The notes under the pieces were generated by a model, which was not told the origin of the DNA, did not search any database, and saw nothing but the letters and a program-made list of their open reading frames with translations. DNA of 63,949 bases, counting the filler, from Pelomyxa schiedti (taxonomy: Eukaryota > Protista > Evosea): the NCBI GenBank assembly GCA_020536535.1. It is 5 parts of 5 records of this genome, joined end to end, with 100 filler letters (N's around TTAATTAATTAA, not from the genome) between each part and the next. Parts side by side here need not be neighbours in the genome. Positions count along the whole stretch, not along the records: positions 1 to 30,950 come from JAHLWZ010001002.1; positions 31,051 to 43,632 come from JAHLWZ010001212.1; 3 more parts are not named here. The stretch is one strand, 5' to 3'. This document shows positions 23,969 through 33,449 of this stretch, in pieces. The position numbers and the translations under genes were made by a program. The first letter of the stretch is position 1; every line of letters starts with the position of its first letter.

Positions 23969-25087
23969 ATGTTCTCCGCAGTGCAGATCAACAACGTTAC
24001 GTACGCACGGAGCCAATTCATTGCACTCGGCGTTGGGGTCATTGTGGGACGGTGCGGCCGCTCCAGCTCAGTGACGACGCTCACGCCGTCGTCCCTGTCA
24101 CACATCGGCCGTGAATGGGTCGTGTTCCCAGCGAGGCACGTCGTCATCGGCGCCGCAGTCGATTTTGCACAATCGGGCACAAAGCCGCGCGGGTTACTCA
24201 GGTTCAGTGTCTCGCCGACACTCGGCGTCGTCGGCGAACCGGCCACCATCGACATTGGGGAATTTGGTGGCGTTGGCAATGATTTTCTTGGGTGGGTTGG
24301 ACCGCTGTCCCACAATGGAGTTCCGAGGTTCGCACTCGCGCTTGGGGGTGGCAGGAAGCTGAGTGTGGTCGACACCGAGGGGCGCGTGTGCACGAAGATG
24401 ATCGGCGCCGCACAGTGTCCCTATGGTTGCCACATCTACACCAGCTGGAGGTGGGTGGTGCTAATACAAAGCTGGTGGAGCCGTGCAATCTCATTGTGGG
24501 ACTGCGCCGGCATTGAGGGCGGCATTGTTACGAGTGTAGAGAACATCGCTCTGCCCGACTGTCTGTGCAGAGTTGCATTTAATGGTGACGGTACACTGAT
24601 TGTTTCACTTGAGGATCACGTAATTGCAATTGATCTGGAGGCCACTTTTGCACAAAAAAGGCTGGTTTCGAGCCCCGTACCAACTTGTGCCAGCGAAGTG
24701 CACTTTGAAGGTTACATTGAAAATGTGATTTGCTGGAAGGGAATGACTTATGTGATTCCCTTTTCTGAGAAAAAGGGTTTTCTTATGTGCTTGGGCACGG
24801 GCCAGAGGACACCATTGCCTGAAGGAACAGCAGAAGCGAAGCCAATTGGAGGGCCTTACTTCGTGGTCACGCGGGCTGAAGGCCCCTCTGGTACATGTGT
24901 TTACAGTGTTGTGGAACCTGCAAAAGTGTTATTCAGACACCAGCATGGTACCCCATTTGGAAACGAAATGGTAATCAGAAACCCTCACAGTAACAGTTCA
25001 GGCGCCATTGAAGTGATTGATGCCGTATCTGGCTTTGTTGTATTCAAACTGGAGAAAAGGGGTCTCAGTGTGTCAAAGGTTTTCTGA
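23969..25087 (+). CDS. Family A intronless protein (372 aa)
   Basis: ATG 23969 MFSAVQINNVTYARSQFIALG; all family motifs present. Confidence 0.88.
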   Translation: MFSAVQINNVTYARSQFIALGVGVIVGRCGRSSSVTTLTPSSLSHIGREWVVFPARHVVIGAAVDFAQSGTKPRGLLRFSVSPTLGVVGEPATIDIGEFGGVGNDFLGWVGPLSHNGVPRFALALGGGRKLSVVDTEGRVCTKMIGAAQCPYGCHIYTSWRWVVLIQSWWSRAISLWDCAGIEGGIVTSVENIALPDCLCRVAFNGDGTLIVSLEDHVIAIDLEATFAQKRLVSSPVPTCASEVHFEGYIENVICWKGMTYVIPFSEKKGFLMCLGTGQRTPLPEGTAEAKPIGGPYFVVTRAEGPSGTCVYSVVEPAKVLFRHQHGTPFGNEMVIRNPHSNSSGAIEVIDAVSGFVVFKLEKRGLSVSKVF

Positions 25088-25268
25088 TCAGCAGCTCAAC
25101 ACCAAAGTGCTCTTCACCCACCACAATTTGCAGCCTGCGCGACTGTATTTTGGGAATGAAATGGCGCTGAGAAATGTTGATGCCAGAAGCAGTTCAGGTG
25201 GCATTGAATTGTTTGATGCTGTGTCTGGCTTTGTTGTCTTCGACCACATACAATCAGCCCTCTTCTGA
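25088..25268 (+). pseudogene. Orphan 3' end of another family A copy
   Basis: TKVLFTHH..LYFGNEMALRN..SSGGIELFDAVSGFVVF lies immediately after the stop of the preceding gene. Confidence 0.78.
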
Positions 25269-25335
25269 CTTCTTGAAGTTTCCTGAACAAGAACAAAAAA
25301 CATCAGAGGTTTCCAAGAACCGTCTTTTCGAAAGC

Positions 25336-26472
25336 ATGGCCGGTAAACCCCGCAATCGGCTCACAATAAGAGATGCAACGTACGCACGCGACCAATTCAT
25401 TGCCCTCGGAGTTGGCGTCATTGTGGGACGTTGCGGCCGCGACGTCGGCAGCCCCGTCTCGGCCCTCTCTTCCTCGACGCTCGCCCTCATCGGCCAAAAT
25501 TGGGTTGTTGTGCGCTCCCGGCTCGTGGTCTTGGCACTCAAGCGTGTCAGATGCCACGAATGCCACGAGGTCAGCGTGTCACCGACACTCGGTCTCCTCA
25601 CGCACCCCGTGTTCGACGAAAAGATCAGCCAGGCCGCCGAGTTCCATGGATGGGTTGGGGATCACGACTTCGGCGAAAGGTTTGCCCTTGTCAACCTGAG
25701 GGGTCCGTTTGGGCCATACCAAGCATGTGTGATCGACACCAGGGGTGACATTGGGGATGTGATCATATCTGAGCCGCCACGGTACCCGGAGTATCGGCTG
25801 TATGCAAGCAGGAGGTGGGCTGTGGGAATCCGAAAACTGTTGAGCTCACTGAGCACTATGACGCTGTGGAGCTTCGCTGACATTGAGAGCGGCAGCATGC
25901 CACAGGGTGAAACCATTTTCGTGTCATATGTGATCAACTGTGCTGCGTTTGATGGTGAGGGTTCACTGGTCGTGTCGCTGGAAGGTGGTGGTGCCATGGC
26001 AATTGACCTTGAGGCAACTTTGGCACAAAGAATGTTGGTTTCGACCCAATTGCCAACCACTGAAGCGCTTCAGAGCCAGATGCGCATTGACAGCATTATT
26101 TGCTGGAAGGGAATGATCTATGCACTCCTATTTGCTGAAGAAGCTGGGCTGCAGTGCCTGAACACTGGCCAGAGGATCACACTGTGTGAGGGAAGAGCAC
26201 AGCCAATTGGTGGGCCGTACTTCATCATCAAAAAATCCACCATGGATGGTGATTTGGCAGATGTGCGCAGTGTTGAGGAACCAACCAAAGTGTTGTGCAC
26301 CCACAAAAAAGGGACTGCCACCACGTGGTGCTTTGGGAATGGAATGGTTGTCAAGGACACCAGTGTCTCCAGCTTGTTTTTGCCAAGTGGAATTGAAGTG
26401 CTTGACGCTGTGTCTGGCTTTATCATCTTCAGAATGGAGAAAGGACTTTTCCAGGTGAAAAGTATTTCATAA
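25336..26472 (+). CDS. Family A intronless protein (378 aa)
   Basis: ATG 25336 MAGKPRNRLTIRDATYARDQF; near-identical 5' third to the next gene. Confidence 0.88.
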   Translation: MAGKPRNRLTIRDATYARDQFIALGVGVIVGRCGRDVGSPVSALSSSTLALIGQNWVVVRSRLVVLALKRVRCHECHEVSVSPTLGLLTHPVFDEKISQAAEFHGWVGDHDFGERFALVNLRGPFGPYQACVIDTRGDIGDVIISEPPRYPEYRLYASRRWAVGIRKLLSSLSTMTLWSFADIESGSMPQGETIFVSYVINCAAFDGEGSLVVSLEGGGAMAIDLEATLAQRMLVSTQLPTTEALQSQMRIDSIICWKGMIYALLFAEEAGLQCLNTGQRITLCEGRAQPIGGPYFIIKKSTMDGDLADVRSVEEPTKVLCTHKKGTATTWCFGNGMVVKDTSVSSLFLPSGIEVLDAVSGFIIFRMEKGLFQVKSIS

Positions 26473-26910
26473 TCACCACTTGGAATTTATTATTAGTGCT
26501 CATTGTTGTGCCTGTACGTTATGATTGACACCCTCGATTTCACATTATTTCGGTGTTGTTCTCCAAGACATTGGCATTTAGAACAACACACGCAAAGTCC
26601 ACAAGATGATTGTGAAATGGAAAGAATGAATGTCTTGCCTTAAGTTACGGACGAAGGCGGTGTAGTAGCATCTTCAGTGTTGCCGATGTGATTCCTTCCC
26701 GGAGGGAGTCCCGTTCTAGTAATCCATCAAGATCTTCTTCACGGAGTGAGTCAGTCCGCTTTACATAAGGCATCAATGCCCCGAGGATGAGTTAACTGAG
26801 TTGATTGCCCACTTGTCTGTGTCCTTCCTGATTCCTAGAAGCAACCAACTGAAAAGGTGTCGCCTATCTTTTTGAAAAGAAAGCAAAAAAACCATTGGCC
26901 GTTGCAGATC

Positions 26911-28161
26911 ATGAAGAGGTCCAATAAACCAATACCACTTTGGGATTGCGGGGCCGACTACGACGACAGCATTCCAGACAACGATCGATTCGGAATCAGA
27001 GACGCAACGTACGCCCGAGACCAATTCATCGCCCTCGGGGTTGGCGTCATTGTGGGACGTTGCGGCCGCGACGTCGGCAGCCCCGTTTCGGCCCTCTCTC
27101 CATCTACGCTCGCCCTCATCGGCCAAAATTGGGTTGTTGTGCGCTCCCGGCTCGTGGTCATCGAACTCAAGCGTGTCAGCTGCCACGAGTGCCACGAGGT
27201 CAGCGTGTCGCCGACACTCGGCCTCCTCACGCACCCCGTGTTTGACGAAAAGCTCAGCCAGGCCGCCGAGTTCCATGGATGGGTTGGCAACCCCAATTCT
27301 GGTGAAAGGTTTGCCCTTGGCGTCCATGAAATGCTGTTTACCGAGGACATGTGTGTGATGGACACCAAGGGGGAGATGGAGATGAGGCTGCTCTATGAAG
27401 TACCACCTGACCCGTTGAAGTATCGGCTGTATGCAAGCAGGAGGTGGGCTGTGAAAGTACAACAATTTAGTGTATCCAGTACGATGGCGCTGTGGAACTT
27501 TGATGAAGTTGAGAGTTGTGGTGCGAGTGAGGGCGAGAGTGATAGTGATATTATTTTACTGCCATCCATGATTAACTGTGCAGCGTTTGATGGTGACCGT
27601 TCACTGGTTGTATCACTGCAGGGCGGTCATGTAATGGCCATTGATCTTGAGTCCACTTGGGCAAAAAAAGTGCTGGTTTCTACGCCATTGCCATTCCACG
27701 AAACGCTTCAGAGCCAGGTGAGCATTGACGGCATTATTTGCTGGAAGGGAATGATCTATGCGCTTCTATCTGAAGAAGTCAGGCCGGGGCCGCGGCGCCC
27801 GAATGATCGTGGGCCGTACTTCACTGTCAGAAAAGCTGGGCTGCAGTGCCTGAAAACTGGAGAGAGGATCGCACTGAGTGATGGAAGAGCACAGCCAATT
27901 GGTGGGCCGTACTTCGCCGTCACAAGATCCACCACTACGGATGGAGAACTGGCAGAGGTGCGCAGTGTTGAGGAACCAACCAAAGTGTTGTGCACCCACA
28001 AAAAAGGGACGGACTGGGAGTCCAGATGGTGCTTTGGGAATGAACTGGTTGTCCGGGACATCACTGACTGGCCAAAAGGAATCGAAGTGGCTGATGCTGC
28101 ATGTGGCTTCATCATCTTCAGAATGGGGCAAGGCTCTCTCAATGTGCAAAGGATTTCATAA
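26911..28161 (+). CDS. Family A intronless protein (416 aa)
   Basis: ATG 26911; IRDATYARDQF; carries an insert that duplicates GPYF (RPGPRRPNDRGPYFTV). Confidence 0.88.
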   Translation: MKRSNKPIPLWDCGADYDDSIPDNDRFGIRDATYARDQFIALGVGVIVGRCGRDVGSPVSALSPSTLALIGQNWVVVRSRLVVIELKRVSCHECHEVSVSPTLGLLTHPVFDEKLSQAAEFHGWVGNPNSGERFALGVHEMLFTEDMCVMDTKGEMEMRLLYEVPPDPLKYRLYASRRWAVKVQQFSVSSTMALWNFDEVESCGASEGESDSDIILLPSMINCAAFDGDRSLVVSLQGGHVMAIDLESTWAKKVLVSTPLPFHETLQSQVSIDGIICWKGMIYALLSEEVRPGPRRPNDRGPYFTVRKAGLQCLKTGERIALSDGRAQPIGGPYFAVTRSTTTDGELAEVRSVEEPTKVLCTHKKGTDWESRWCFGNELVVRDITDWPKGIEVADAACGFIIFRMGQGSLNVQRIS

Positions 28162-28381
28162 TAAACAAAACAGCTGCACTAAAACAATAAAATGTCCTTT
28201 GAACCACAGGAAAATTGCTCTGTTATACACGAAGTGCGCCGAGCATTTTTTTTTCCGGGTGTACCACTGTCACTTCGGGCGTTGCTCTCTGGTGGAAGAC
28301 CTTGGCTTCTGTGCCTGAACACTAGTCCGAGGGTTCCGTTGGCAGCAGAGTCTTCACAAAGAGTAACAATCAACGAAACTC

Positions 28382-29551
28382 ATGGTCAGCATACCCTTCA
28401 ACCGACTCGCAATCAGAGATGCAACGTACGCCCGAGACCAATTCATCGCGCTCGGAGTTGGCGCGATTGTGGGACGGTGCGGCGGCTCCAGCCCCGCGTC
28501 GGCCCTCGCCCCGTGTTCCCTGTCCCTCCTCGGTCGCGAGTGGGTCGTGTTCCCAGCCAGGGTCGTCGTGGTCGAGCTCAAGCGCGCCGCGCTGCGCAGC
28601 AGGCCCGAGTACGTCGCGATCAGCGCGTCGCCGACGCTGGGCCTCGTGTGCGATCCCACAATTGTCTCGTTCGGGCAGGCCCACGGCAGGGTCAGGTGTT
28701 TCTACCACTGGGCCGGGCCTCTGTCCTGCGGGCGCAGGTTTGCCCTAGTGATGGCCGAGGAACCACCCGGCAGTGGAAGGCTGGGCTTGTGTGTGATTGA
28801 CACCCTGTGTGGGCCCGGTGATGGAGAGGCAGAAGTGAAGAGTATAGGCAGGCTGTCGAGGCCTTGGTGCAGCAACAGGCAGTGGGTCGCGGCGGCGCGG
28901 AATGCCCTGCCGACCAGTACTCTGTCGCTGTGGAGCCTTGGTGATGTTGTTGGTGGGCGTGAGGGAATGTTGGTGGCAAACTCGAGCGTGGAGGGTGTCG
29001 TTCTGCCGTGGGCAGTGGACTGGATTTCATTTTGTGGTGACAGCTCGCTGGTCGTGGCACAAGAGGACTCGGGACCACTGGTGGTGGACCTGGAAGCCAC
29101 TTTGGCCCAGGGGAGGCTGGTCAGCAGCCCCCTGTCACTCCCTGCCTTTGATGGGAGTATGTTTCTTCATGACTTTGTGTGCTGGGAGGGAATGGCCCAT
29201 GCTGTGCTCTATCAGAACGAGGGTCTTCTGTGCCTGAGCACTGGGCAGAGGACGCCATTGCGCCCTGGGGTTGCACACCCAATTGGTGGGAAGTATGCAG
29301 CAAAGTGTACTTACAGTGACGATGAGTGCATAACTGAGGTGTACAGTGTTTTTGAGCCAGAGAGGGTGTGCTTCACACACAGGGCACTGCGCCAAAGTGA
29401 AAGACTGAGGTTTGGGCATGAAACTGTTTTGATGGATAATGTCGTCAGTGGCTCACAAGGCATAAACACCATCAAAGTCGTTGATGCTGTGTCTGGCTTC
29501 CTTATGTGCAAAATGGTGGTCAAGGGGTTCTCTGTGACTGATATTTCTTGA
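28382..29551 (+). CDS. Family A intronless protein (389 aa)
   Basis: MVSIPFNRLAIRDATYARDQF..DAVSGFLMCK. Confidence 0.88.
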   Translation: MVSIPFNRLAIRDATYARDQFIALGVGAIVGRCGGSSPASALAPCSLSLLGREWVVFPARVVVVELKRAALRSRPEYVAISASPTLGLVCDPTIVSFGQAHGRVRCFYHWAGPLSCGRRFALVMAEEPPGSGRLGLCVIDTLCGPGDGEAEVKSIGRLSRPWCSNRQWVAAARNALPTSTLSLWSLGDVVGGREGMLVANSSVEGVVLPWAVDWISFCGDSSLVVAQEDSGPLVVDLEATLAQGRLVSSPLSLPAFDGSMFLHDFVCWEGMAHAVLYQNEGLLCLSTGQRTPLRPGVAHPIGGKYAAKCTYSDDECITEVYSVFEPERVCFTHRALRQSERLRFGHETVLMDNVVSGSQGINTIKVVDAVSGFLMCKMVVKGFSVTDIS

Positions 29552-29734
29552 CAGAATCAGCTCTAAATCCTTTTCTGTTTTAACATTCCACTTTGCATGT
29601 GTTGTTCTTACTTTGCAGGTGTTGCTTCCTTGTTGGTGCCGTTTCGTTTTGTTTTTACAGCCTTCTGTTTTCGATTCGCAGGAAAACGAAAAAAATAAAA
29701 AAATTGTTTTACCTCCACTGTTTTGTCCCATTTG

Positions 29735-30895
29735 ATGGCGGACCCAAAAGCAGTTGAAACCAAGGACAACACCGACGCGCGCGACCAGTTCATTGCCCTC
29801 GGCGTCGGTGTAATTGTGGGACGTTGCGGCCGCGACATCGCCAGCCCTGTGTCGGCCCTCACGCCCCCTTTGTTGTCGTGTATCGGCCGAGAGTGGATCG
29901 TGTTCCCTGCCAGGCTCGTCGTCGTGGAATTGGCGTGTCATTCAGTCGTCATAGCCAAGAACTTCGTGAGGTTCAGCGTGTCACCGACGCTGGGCCTCGT
30001 GCGGCATCCCACAATGATCAATTTCGGAAGCATCAACAGAGTCACATACTTCTACGGGTGGGTGGGTCCCCAGTCATCAGGCGACAGGTTCGCCCTGACG
30101 ATGGCCCAGGCTGCTGACGAGACCAGCGGAGCACAGAGGTTGGTCTTGATCGACACCAGCGGGCACAGTGAGGACCTGAGGCTGTGTAACCGGCTGAGCC
30201 TGTCGGGGCCCTGGTGCAGCAACAGGAGGTGGATTGCAGCCACAAAAATAACAAAAAGGAACCCTCTGAGGTCGTCACTGGCACTGTGGAACCTTGATGG
30301 AGTTGAGAGTGGCAGTGTCTCCAAAGTGGAGGGCATTGCTACGCCGTGGAGTGTGTTCTGGGCCGCGTTTGGTGATGACAGTTCACTGGTTGTTTCACAG
30401 TTGGAGGGTACCGTGATCATTGACCTGGAGGCAACCTTTTCACAGAGCACGCTGGTTTGGAGGACAGCGCGAATCGCTGCTGTTGATGGGATGCGCCTCA
30501 TCGAGCACACGATCTGCGGGAATGGAGTGGTGTATGCCTTGCTCTCTGGGAGAGATGGAAGCACTTGGGTGCAGTGCCTGACAACTGGCGTGAGCACCAA
30601 ATTGAGCCGAGGAAATACCAAGCCACTTGGTGGGCCCTATGTTGCTGTGAGTACCTCCAGCAAAGGAGATGGAATTGATGTGTACAGCGTTCTGGAGCCA
30701 ACCAAGTTGTGCCTACAACACAGGGCACACAGTGGAAATGAGAGGTTAGTGACTGGGCGGGAGATGGTGTTCCGGGACAATGGTTTTTGTGATCCACCAC
30801 CAGGACCAAGCACCATTGAGGTTGTTGACGCCTTGACTGGCTTTGTTGTCTTCAAAATGGGTGTCCCTGGTTGCTTTGTGGGATGTGTTTCGTGA
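29735..30895 (+). CDS. Family A intronless protein (386 aa)
   Basis: ATG 29735 MADPK..DARDQFIALGVGVIVGRCG..DALTGFVVFK. Confidence 0.88.
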   Translation: MADPKAVETKDNTDARDQFIALGVGVIVGRCGRDIASPVSALTPPLLSCIGREWIVFPARLVVVELACHSVVIAKNFVRFSVSPTLGLVRHPTMINFGSINRVTYFYGWVGPQSSGDRFALTMAQAADETSGAQRLVLIDTSGHSEDLRLCNRLSLSGPWCSNRRWIAATKITKRNPLRSSLALWNLDGVESGSVSKVEGIATPWSVFWAAFGDDSSLVVSQLEGTVIIDLEATFSQSTLVWRTARIAAVDGMRLIEHTICGNGVVYALLSGRDGSTWVQCLTTGVSTKLSRGNTKPLGGPYVAVSTSSKGDGIDVYSVLEPTKLCLQHRAHSGNERLVTGREMVFRDNGFCDPPPGPSTIEVVDALTGFVVFKMGVPGCFVGCVS

Positions 30896-30950
30896 AAAGA
30901 AAAAAGGCTCAAGTTTTCTCGTAGCAAGGAATTGACGGTTGGTCATGCAA

Positions 30951-31050
30951 NNNNNNNNNNNNNNNNNNNNNNNNNNNNNNNNNNNNNNNNNNNNTTAATT
31001 AATTAANNNNNNNNNNNNNNNNNNNNNNNNNNNNNNNNNNNNNNNNNNNN
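30951..31050. other. Artificial contig linker
   Basis: N44-TTAATTAATTAA-N44; stop codons in all six frames; identical at four positions. Confidence 0.97.
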
Positions 31051-33256
31051 ATATTGGTTTTACGTTGACATGTACCAGTCACTCTACAACCTCCCGCCTT
31101 ACAACCTCCAAAATTTCGCAAGGGAACGTGAGTCTCCTGTGCTGTAGTTTTTCTTTTTTTTTCCCCCCCCCCTTTTTTTTCTCGGGTTGAGGGTTCAGTG
31201 TGATTGGTGTGTTTATTAGGAGATGGTGTGGGTATTGCACTGTTCAGGAGGAGAAGGCGAAGGAGATGTAAGGCGAGATTTTGAGGAAGAAGGATGGTGG
31301 TGAGGAGTGCCCAGAGGTAGTGGAGGATAGCTGTGGTGTCGTCTCCGGGCTCATGGGAGAGGAGCAAGTCCACTTTCAAAAAGGAAACAGGGGGCAGGAT
31401 GAAACCTGAAGCTGTTAGGAAATCTAGCTGGCTGAGGAAGATAGGTAACCCAGTAGTGAAGTAAACCCGAAAAGAACTGATGAGTGGCAAGACTTGACTC
31501 CAAGTGTATGGCAATCCCCAAGAGTGTGCTTGACAGAAAGAATGCATCCTCGTCGGAATCTACGTCGAGCCCAGGAATGCCACCAAGGTCGTCGAGGACA
31601 TGGCTGACTACCTCCTCGGTGTTGGCTGTTAGATCTAGCCTCCATCTGGCTACCTTTGTCACAGTAATGGAACGCCTCTCTGTCTTGTATTAGGCTACTT
31701 TAATAGGTGCAAGCTTGCCACCGGAGAGCAAAGAGGAATAGTGACTGTGACCATACATAGAATTCCAAGTTTGCCAATCCTAAAAAAGACACATGATAAG
31801 ATGGAATAAGGGGATTCCTGGCAAGCTTTTTTTTCCATTAGGTTGGTTACTTCAAAATTTTTAAATAGCAACCTTCAATCACAGTGAGCACAAGGTATCC
31901 AAATGTTGCAATGAAGAGCAGAGAAATCCAGATGAAGACCTCTCGGAAACTAATGGACATGCTCCTTTTCCTTACCAAGAATGAATTTACGGGATTGTCC
32001 TTTCGTCAGAGGATGTGGAAGAGCTTTTGAGACCCCAATGAAGTATCCTTGGTGTCAGAGAACCGCCCTATTACGTTATGCCCAGTGTATACTTCCGATT
32101 CTTCTCTAAAGAGGGAAGTGCTCAATGTGCGGGAATAGCTTGTCATTAAACTTCTCTTGTGATAAACGAATTGCCGATTCCTCGTCAAAATTGCAATTCT
32201 ACTCTCTACTTAACAATAGTTTTGCTTGCTTGTACTGTTTGTAGCCTTAAAAAGAATGGCTTTCAGATTGTTGAAAGAGGGCAGCAAAGAATCTTGTGTA
32301 AGTTAAAGTGCAGAAAACCAGAGGCGAAAACCTGGCAGTTACTCTCACAAAGCGCTGTTATCTTCAAATTTCCCCATTATGGTCAAATGTAAAAACGAGG
32401 GAAAAAAGAAAAAAGAAAAAAACCCCAACAAAAAGGGAATAAATAGCATGGTTATTAAATATAAAAAGAAACGAGAAACACACTAGCTATTGAATTCTCT
32501 CATTATATATCGTGGTGGAAATACTAGTTAGAGTTGGAATAAATGTCAATGCACAATGCGGTAATGTACCTTGTGACTGGGTTTTAGAGTTGGGAAAAAT
32601 GTCAATGCATAATGTACCTTGGGTGGGCTTTTGGTTTTGCGTGTGCCATCGGCAATTATACTGAAAGTGCTTCTGGTGCTGCATCAGCTGGTTCCATACG
32701 CACATCATGAGGCCTGCGTCTGAAACAGTGCAAACGAGTGCATTGAACCCCCAAAAACTTGACTGCATTGCTTGCTCTCTGCTGACAAAACGTGAAGGAA
32801 TAGGTGTATATGTGGTGCTGCAAAAATCAATGTGAAACATAGAGGGAAAAAAAAACGGAAAACACATGGAAGCGCACCAGACGTAAGATCTGGTTGCCTG
32901 TTGTTGCGGTTACTGACTACGCGTTCTCCTTTTGTTGTTACAAGCTCACCACCCCACACAAAGATTTCCCATCATCTCCGCTTTCCATCCTCTTTGTTAT
33001 TTCCATAGACAATTTTCACTGGGGCATGCTGTGTGCACTGCCAAGGTGGCTTACGCCTTGAAATCTGATTGACGGTTCGGGTTTTCCGATAATCGCGGTT
33101 TAATTATTATTGATTCGGTGGTCCGTGGCGGTTTGTCTCCATAGATTCAAATTCAGTGTTCCACCTTAAGCCATCGGTGTTGGGCAACATGAAGAACTGC
33201 CACTTCTTTGCATGCAGCACAACCTACGGTGCTGTCAGTGGTTGTCATAGTCGGAG

Positions 33257-33354
33257 TTTGCTGAATCACGTTATTGTACTGTAAATGGTGCGGAATTGGT
33301 GGAATTGGTGGAATTGGTTGGTGGTTTTGCTGTTTGCTGAATCACGTTGTTGTA
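33257..33354. repeat. 22-bp direct repeat flanking (GGAATTGGT)3
   Basis: tttgctgaatcacgtt(a/g)ttgta at 33257 and 33333; 9-mer tandem at 33292-33318. Confidence 0.75.
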
Positions 33355-33449
33355 GTTGACGCTGTCGTTATTGCAGATGACGCTGACTTTGCCGGTTCTC
33401 CTCCCCTCCTTCACCACACCCACCCCATTTTTTCTTTTTTGTTTTTATA

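Noticed and set aside
23876-29734. GTG/TTG-initiated N-terminal extensions in the ORF track (23876, 25174, 26857, 29723; also 13311 and 15504)
   Set aside because: Eukaryotic genes; the first in-frame ATGs near the conserved box or signal anchor are better starts
23969-30895. Bacterial operon or contaminant, given the intronless co-oriented genes
   Set aside because: Contiguous with intron-rich G-alpha and PARP genes; the copies are tandem paralogs with no recognisable prokaryotic products
1942-30927. Many Arg/Pro/Ala-rich overlapping and antisense ORFs over family genes
   Set aside because: Shadow ORFs caused by GC-rich 5' ends; they recur only because the sense gene is duplicated
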